Of a stretch of 64,000 nucleotides of DNA, positions 59,250 through 64,000 are shown piece after piece (position 1 is the first letter of the stretch; the number at the start of each line of letters is the position of its first letter). Below the pieces are notes generated by a model, which saw only the letters and a program-made list of their open reading frames with translations, was not told the origin of the DNA and did no database searches. The position numbers and the translations under genes are program-made. The DNA lies in assembly GCA_963850305.1 (NCBI GenBank), contig CAWKKR010000001.1:192001-256000 (forward strand), read 5' to 3'. The DNA is from an uncultured delta proteobacterium (GTDB lineage Bacteria > Myxococcota_A > Polyangia > Polyangiales > Polyangiaceae).

Positions 59250-61156
59250 CCGGGGCCCCCGGCGTCGATACCCGGGACGAGCGACGCCTGACCGCGGTCG
59301 TGCTCGGCATCGGCGTCGTTTTGCACCTTGCGCTCCTGGCCTATTTCGCTCCGATCCGTCTGTGGTTCTCGGGGGCGCCGATCCACACGTTCGACTACGC
59401 GCTCCATGTCTATCAGGTCGACCGCGCCGTCACTGCGTTCCGGGAAACCGGGCACCTCTGGAGCTACGATCCGTTCGTACTCGCTGGACAGCCGGCAGGA
59501 GTCGTCGAGGACCTGACCAGCAAGAGCGTCGAGTTGTTCGTCATCGGCGCGTCCGCCCTCGGCATGAAGCGCTGGGTCGCGTTCAACTTCTACGTCCTGC
59601 TCATCCACCTGGGGATGCCTCTCGCCGGCTGGGTCTCGGCGCGCGCGTTCGGCCTCTCACGTTACGCGGCGGCGCTCACCGTGATGTTCTGGGTCGTGCT
59701 CTGGTATTTCGACTCGCTCCTCCACTGGTGCTGGTTCGTGGGCATGATTTCGTGGAGCGCGGCAAGCTACTCGATCGTGCTCGCGGTCGCATTGCTCTAT
59801 CGGGCGGGACGCTCTCATCGCACCGGGACGTACGTCGCGCTTGGAGCGGTCGCTGCAGCGGGGACCCTCATTCACCCATTCTCGGTGCTGGCGCTGCTCT
59901 GCCCGCTGGCGGCTCTGTATGCGAGAGATTTTCGCCGCTTCAGCGTCCGCGAACACGGGATGCTTGTGGCAGGTGTGATCGCGGCCGGGCTGACGACGCT
60001 CGTGTGGATTCGGCCCGCGCTGCGCTTTCGCCACGATATCGGAACGGTGGACGCCTTCCTCTGGCCGACCCTGCCGTACGCCTTCTTCGACTGGCTCGAT
60101 CTTCTGAAGGACGTACTCATGACGGGGCAGCCCGTTCGTGCCGGCTTTCGCATGATCGTGCTCGTGCTGGCGGCGATCGGCTTGATCGCCGGAAGGAAGC
60201 GTGGCGACGATCGTGTGCTGCCGTGGGGCGTTCTCATTTTCGGGTCGGTCGTGCTCTGCTACGCATCGAGTTATTCCGCTGCGCTCCGACAAACGCAGCC
60301 ATACAGGTACCTCTGTCCCGCGACGCTCGGCGCCGCGCTCGTGACCGCCAGCCTCGTCGCAGAACACGTGTCGTTGCGCGGCTTCCTCGCGCTCGGTCGC
60401 GACGCGAAGACGGCGCTCGTCCTGGGCGCGATCGCCGGAGTGCCCCATCTCGGTCGCACCGTCCTCGGGTATCTGCCGACGCTGTTGCCGTCGCGCCCGT
60501 CGGCGCGAACGGCGTTTCGCCCCGGACCGATCCCCGGAGTCTCGAATGAAGAGCTGCCTCTCGTCGTCATGGGCCACGACGGCCCACTCCCCGGCGCGCG
60601 TGCCATCGGCGACGCGCTGATGAGCTCTTCGATCCACGGGCGGGTGGCGGTGCTCGATTGGGTGCTGGGAGAGTATCTTTCGGTCTTCACTCCGCTGCCG
60701 ATTCTCGGGGGCATCCCTCAGCGCAACGTGCCGCAGGTTGCTGCGCACCCCTTGCGGCACGACCTGGTCCCGAAACGAGCCGGGGACGACCCCTTCGCGC
60801 GGTACCTCGACGAGTACGCGGTGGGAGCGTTCGTCACGTCCGGACCAGCCGGTCCGTTCGATGAGCGGCGCGATCTCCTGGCTCTGAAAGGAGTGTACGG
60901 AAATCACCGACTTTATCTCGTGAGAAAGCCACCCAGCTACTTCGCCGCCGGCTCCGGAACGATCACCCAGGCGCTCAATCTGTTGACCGTCGACAACGCG
61001 GCTGGCCACGACATCGTACTCCGGTTCCACTTTCTGGAGTCTCTCCGTTGCCGACCCGATTGCGACGTCGAGCGAGCGCCGGCAGACGACGATCCCGCGG
61101 GATTCATCCGCGTGCGGCACCCTCCCCGCACGTTCGAGATCTACAACGCGTATTGA
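59246..61156 (+). CDS. Polytopic membrane protein, PTPS-related/YfhO-like (putative GT-C)
   Basis: DYALHVYQ...WSYDPFVLAGQP loop after TM1, many TM helices, HPF motif, soluble C-terminal domain; GTGA overlap. Confidence 0.55.
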   Translation: MTGAPGVDTRDERRLTAVVLGIGVVLHLALLAYFAPIRLWFSGAPIHTFDYALHVYQVDRAVTAFRETGHLWSYDPFVLAGQPAGVVEDLTSKSVELFVIGASALGMKRWVAFNFYVLLIHLGMPLAGWVSARAFGLSRYAAALTVMFWVVLWYFDSLLHWCWFVGMISWSAASYSIVLAVALLYRAGRSHRTGTYVALGAVAAAGTLIHPFSVLALLCPLAALYARDFRRFSVREHGMLVAGVIAAGLTTLVWIRPALRFRHDIGTVDAFLWPTLPYAFFDWLDLLKDVLMTGQPVRAGFRMIVLVLAAIGLIAGRKRGDDRVLPWGVLIFGSVVLCYASSYSAALRQTQPYRYLCPATLGAALVTASLVAEHVSLRGFLALGRDAKTALVLGAIAGVPHLGRTVLGYLPTLLPSRPSARTAFRPGPIPGVSNEELPLVVMGHDGPLPGARAIGDALMSSSIHGRVAVLDWVLGEYLSVFTPLPILGGIPQRNVPQVAAHPLRHDLVPKRAGDDPFARYLDEYAVGAFVTSGPAGPFDERRDLLALKGVYGNHRLYLVRKPPSYFAAGSGTITQALNLLTVDNAAGHDIVLRFHFLESLRCRPDCDVERAPADDDPAGFIRVRHPPRTFEIYNAY

Positions 61157-61345
61157 AGGGTAGCGATGCTTCGGGGCCCTCGATGCCGAGCGGGCCTGGA
61201 CCGAGACTGACGCGGCGCGACCATCCGCGAGTGTCCGAAGGTTGCGCACATGCGCATGCGTGGTTCACCCGAAGACTCTGGAACGCCGTGGCGTCGACGA
61301 CGAGGCGAACGAACGCGGGGGGCACCATCTCGAGCTGGGTTCGCG

Positions 61346-61374
61346 TTGATTCGCGCGGCCGACGCGGCTACGTT
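61346..61374 (+). promoter_or_regulatory. Sigma70-type promoter of the HMG-CoA synthase-like gene
   Basis: TTGATT-17 nt-TACGTT, 14 nt upstream of ATG 61389. Confidence 0.55.
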
Positions 61375-61388
61375 TGCGAGAGTCCATC

Positions 61389-62876
61389 ATGACGGATACA
61401 TCGATCGAAAAGCTTCGACCCGGCGTGAGCGGGATCAGTCTGTACGTGCCCCCACTCCGCGTTCCACTGGAGGACTGGTGCGGCTGGACGCAGAACTCCT
61501 GGCAGAAAGTCCAGACGATCGTCGGCCAGAGTTTCCGCTGCCCCGCCCCGGACGAGAACGTCTACACCCTCGCGGCAACGGCCGTTCTCCGCCTGATCCG
61601 GCAATACGACGTGAACCCGGCGAAGGTCGGCTATCTCGCGCTCGGGACCGAGACCAGCACGGATAACTCCGCCGGCGCGGTGATCGTGCGCGGGATGGTC
61701 GATCGCGCGCTCGACGAGCTGGGACTCCCGCGGCTCTCGCGGTCCTGCGAGGTGCCGGAGATGAAGCACGCCTGCCTAGGTGGCGTGTACGCCGTGAAGG
61801 CCGCCGCGCGCTATCTGGCGCTCGACGGCGCGGACAGGGTGGCGATCGTGGTCTGCTCCGATATCGCGGAGTACGAGCGCGGGAGCAGCGGCGAACAAAC
61901 GCAAGGCGCCGGGGCCACCGCGCTCTTGATGGAACCCCACCCGAGACTGTTCGAGCTCGATCTCGCACGTTCCGGCAGCGCTTCCGACTACCGAGGTCCG
62001 GATTTTCGCAAACCACACGCCAGACACTTTGCAGAGGGGTACGGCGCCAAGACGTCGCGGCCTCACGATTTTCCGGTGTTCAGCGGGAAGTACTCCACGT
62101 TCTCCTATCTGGAAGAAACGGTTCGCGCGTTCGAGGACATGTCGGCCCGCCTCGGAGTCTCGTCGTTCGACGCCCTGCGGGGAGTGGAAGCGCTCTTCTT
62201 CCACCGCCCCTATCACCACATGCCGGTTCAGGCCGCCGCGTACCTTTACCTTCGAGCCGTGCTGGAGGCATCGCCGGAGGGTGCGCTCGTCTCGGCGCTC
62301 TGCCAGGAGATGGGCGTCACCCGGCAAGCGCTCGAACAAGAGGCGAAGTCACGCCCGGACCTCTTCGGTCGGGTGCTCGAGGGTCGCGCGGATCAAGATC
62401 CGTTCCCTGCGACCACCCAGGTCGTCGGGGCACTTCGGAAGACCGATGAATTCAAGGCCTTCGTCGCGAGCAAGATGGCGCTTGGCTCGCGGGGCGCGGC
62501 GGAACTCGGAAACTTGTATACTGCCGCTCTCCCGGCGTGGATGGCCGCGGGGTTCGAGGAAGCTCTTCGGAGAAAACTGGAGCTCTCCGAGAAAACCGTG
62601 CTCGCGATCGGCTACGGCAGCGGGGACGCCGCGGAGGCGATACCGGCGCGTGTCGCGCCCGGCTGGGCCGAGGCGACCCGACGCATCGGCTTCGGTGTCG
62701 CGCTCGAAAATGCGATCGATCTGGATCGCTCGCAGTACGAAGCGCTCCACGATTCGCGCACGGTAAGCGGGATCCCGGAGCTCCCGGGCGGAAGATTCCG
62801 GATCGCCAGGATCGGACGGACTTACGACCCTTCGTTTCAGGATCTGGGCATAGAGTACTACGAATACGTGAACTGA
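61389..62876 (+). CDS. Hydroxymethylglutaryl-CoA synthase-family protein
   Basis: GTETSTD (Glu), EMKHAC (Cys), GEQTQGAGA, DFRKP, FFHRPY (His), GNLYT, GYGSG. Confidence 0.85.
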   Translation: MTDTSIEKLRPGVSGISLYVPPLRVPLEDWCGWTQNSWQKVQTIVGQSFRCPAPDENVYTLAATAVLRLIRQYDVNPAKVGYLALGTETSTDNSAGAVIVRGMVDRALDELGLPRLSRSCEVPEMKHACLGGVYAVKAAARYLALDGADRVAIVVCSDIAEYERGSSGEQTQGAGATALLMEPHPRLFELDLARSGSASDYRGPDFRKPHARHFAEGYGAKTSRPHDFPVFSGKYSTFSYLEETVRAFEDMSARLGVSSFDALRGVEALFFHRPYHHMPVQAAAYLYLRAVLEASPEGALVSALCQEMGVTRQALEQEAKSRPDLFGRVLEGRADQDPFPATTQVVGALRKTDEFKAFVASKMALGSRGAAELGNLYTAALPAWMAAGFEEALRRKLELSEKTVLAIGYGSGDAAEAIPARVAPGWAEATRRIGFGVALENAIDLDRSQYEALHDSRTVSGIPELPGGRFRIARIGRTYDPSFQDLGIEYYEYVN

Positions 62877-62906
62877 GCGCGCCGCCCTCGCGACCGTTCG
62901 CGAGTC

Positions 62907-64000
62907 TCAAAACTCGCACTGCTCGGTCGCGACGTTGCACGACGAGCCGGGTGCCGTGAAGGGACAGATGGCTCCGACGAAGGCGTCGCACGGTAGTCCG
63001 CAGGCTGCGCTCGTGTGATCGTAACAGATCTGACCGCTGGCGCAGTCGGCGCTCGTCGCGCAGCGACAGCTGAAGTCGTCGATGATGCCGTTCCCATTGT
63101 CGTCCTTGCCGTCGCAGCACTCGGTCCCGTACGCGTCGCTCGCCGAGCAGTCCAGGTCGGCACAGTCGACCTGCCCGTCACAGTCGTCGTCCACGCCATT
63201 CGTACACGCGGCGACGCCGAACTCCGGGACCGCGGGCTTACCGCCGTTACACGTCTTGCATCGCGCAACCGACGCACAATCGGGATCCGCGCAATCCACG
63301 TAGTGATCGCCGTCGTCGTCCTTGCCGTTGTTGCAGATCTCGGTCGGATTGGCCTTCAACTTCACGTGAAGGACGTAAGCTCCCTGGTCTGGGCCGAGGT
63401 TCGGGTCGACCGTGAAGCCGTCCACGAACACGAAATAGTTCCCCGCGGGGAGCGCGGTGAACGAGAGAGCGGAAGACTCGTCGGAGCCACCACTGTCGTC
63501 GTCACACCCGACCTCCCTGCCCGCGCCGCAGGAACCGGCCCGCACGTAGAGCGTCGTGTCGAAACTCGATCCGATCGTGTCGAGCGCGACGTTCGCGACG
63601 TTCGAGAGCGAGAGCTCGTAGACGGCCTCGCCCGCGGCCCCGCCACAGGTGCCGGTGGTCTGCCCGACGTAGCCCGTCGTGTTGCCGGTGTAGGTACCGC
63701 TCGTGGTGATCCTCTGGGGGAAATGCAGCTCGCGTGCTTTGCGACGCAGAATGGATTTTCGGCGCAATCCGAGTCCGCGCAATCGATCTTGCCGTCGTGA
63801 TCGTCATCGATGCCGTTGTTGCAAATCTCCGCCGCGGGAGCGCAGTTCGGAGAGAACCTGCAGCTATCGTCCGCACAGTCGATCGCGCCGTCGCAATCGT
63901 CGTCGATGCCGTTGTCGCAGATTTCGACGGTGCACTTCTCGCACGCGGGGGCCACGCTGCAGTCCGAATCCGCGCAGTCGACGAGCCCGTCGCAATCGTC
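62907..64000 (-). CDS. Partial Cys/Asp-rich repeat surface protein (EICxNGxDDDxDGxxDC repeats around a PPC-like beta domain), one frameshift
   Basis: Repeats EICDNGIDDDCDGAIDCAD and EICNNGKDDDGDHYVDCAD; FDTTLYVR..GCDDD beta domain; a missing C in the run at 63716-63720 joins the 63362..63955 and 62907..63782 frames; 5' end outside the window. Confidence 0.8.

Noticed and set aside
59246..62876. Co-transcription of the HMG-CoA synthase-like gene with the GT-C operon
   Set aside because: A 232-bp gap contains a separate sigma70-like promoter, so operon membership is unsupported.

Overview
High-GC chromosomal window, most likely from a myxobacterium (Myxococcota, probably Polyangia); this is inferred from gene content and Cys-rich lipoprotein repeats. 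I found no tRNA, rRNA, CRISPR array or transposase. Housekeeping content: a 2-oxoacid (probably branched-chain) dehydrogenase E1a/E1b/E2 cluster with terB-like, lipA, mtnA and gatB; a partial complex I cluster (nuoA,B,C,D,G,H,I); class I fumarase; mutY; a stand-alone aceE; tpx; a MoxR/Bat operon followed by a CusR/S-like two-component pair; a YhaO/YhaN nuclease-ATPase pair; and an HMG-CoA synthase-like gene. At least eight single-base indels (gatB x2, nuoD, HTTM x2, moxR, yhaN, last gene) and one lost stop (aceE) suggest long-read consensus errors rather than pseudogenes. Most notable observations: (1) a translationally coupled four-gene operon of polytopic membrane proteins with GT-C glycosyltransferase-like motifs (one TMTC-like, two paralogues, one PTPS-related/YfhO-like), a candidate undescribed extracytoplasmic glycosylation system; (2) a ~603-aa NuoH with a ~145-aa four-helix insertion near the quinone-entry region; (3) three classes of Cys-rich repeat surface proteins, including a 1657-aa lipoprotein with 26 ETDVDCGG repeats and a Gly-rich tip; (4) a TPR protein with a tandemly duplicated unrecognised domain; (5) a 128-bp inverted-repeat element after nuoI; (6) repeated leaderless-type promoter architecture.
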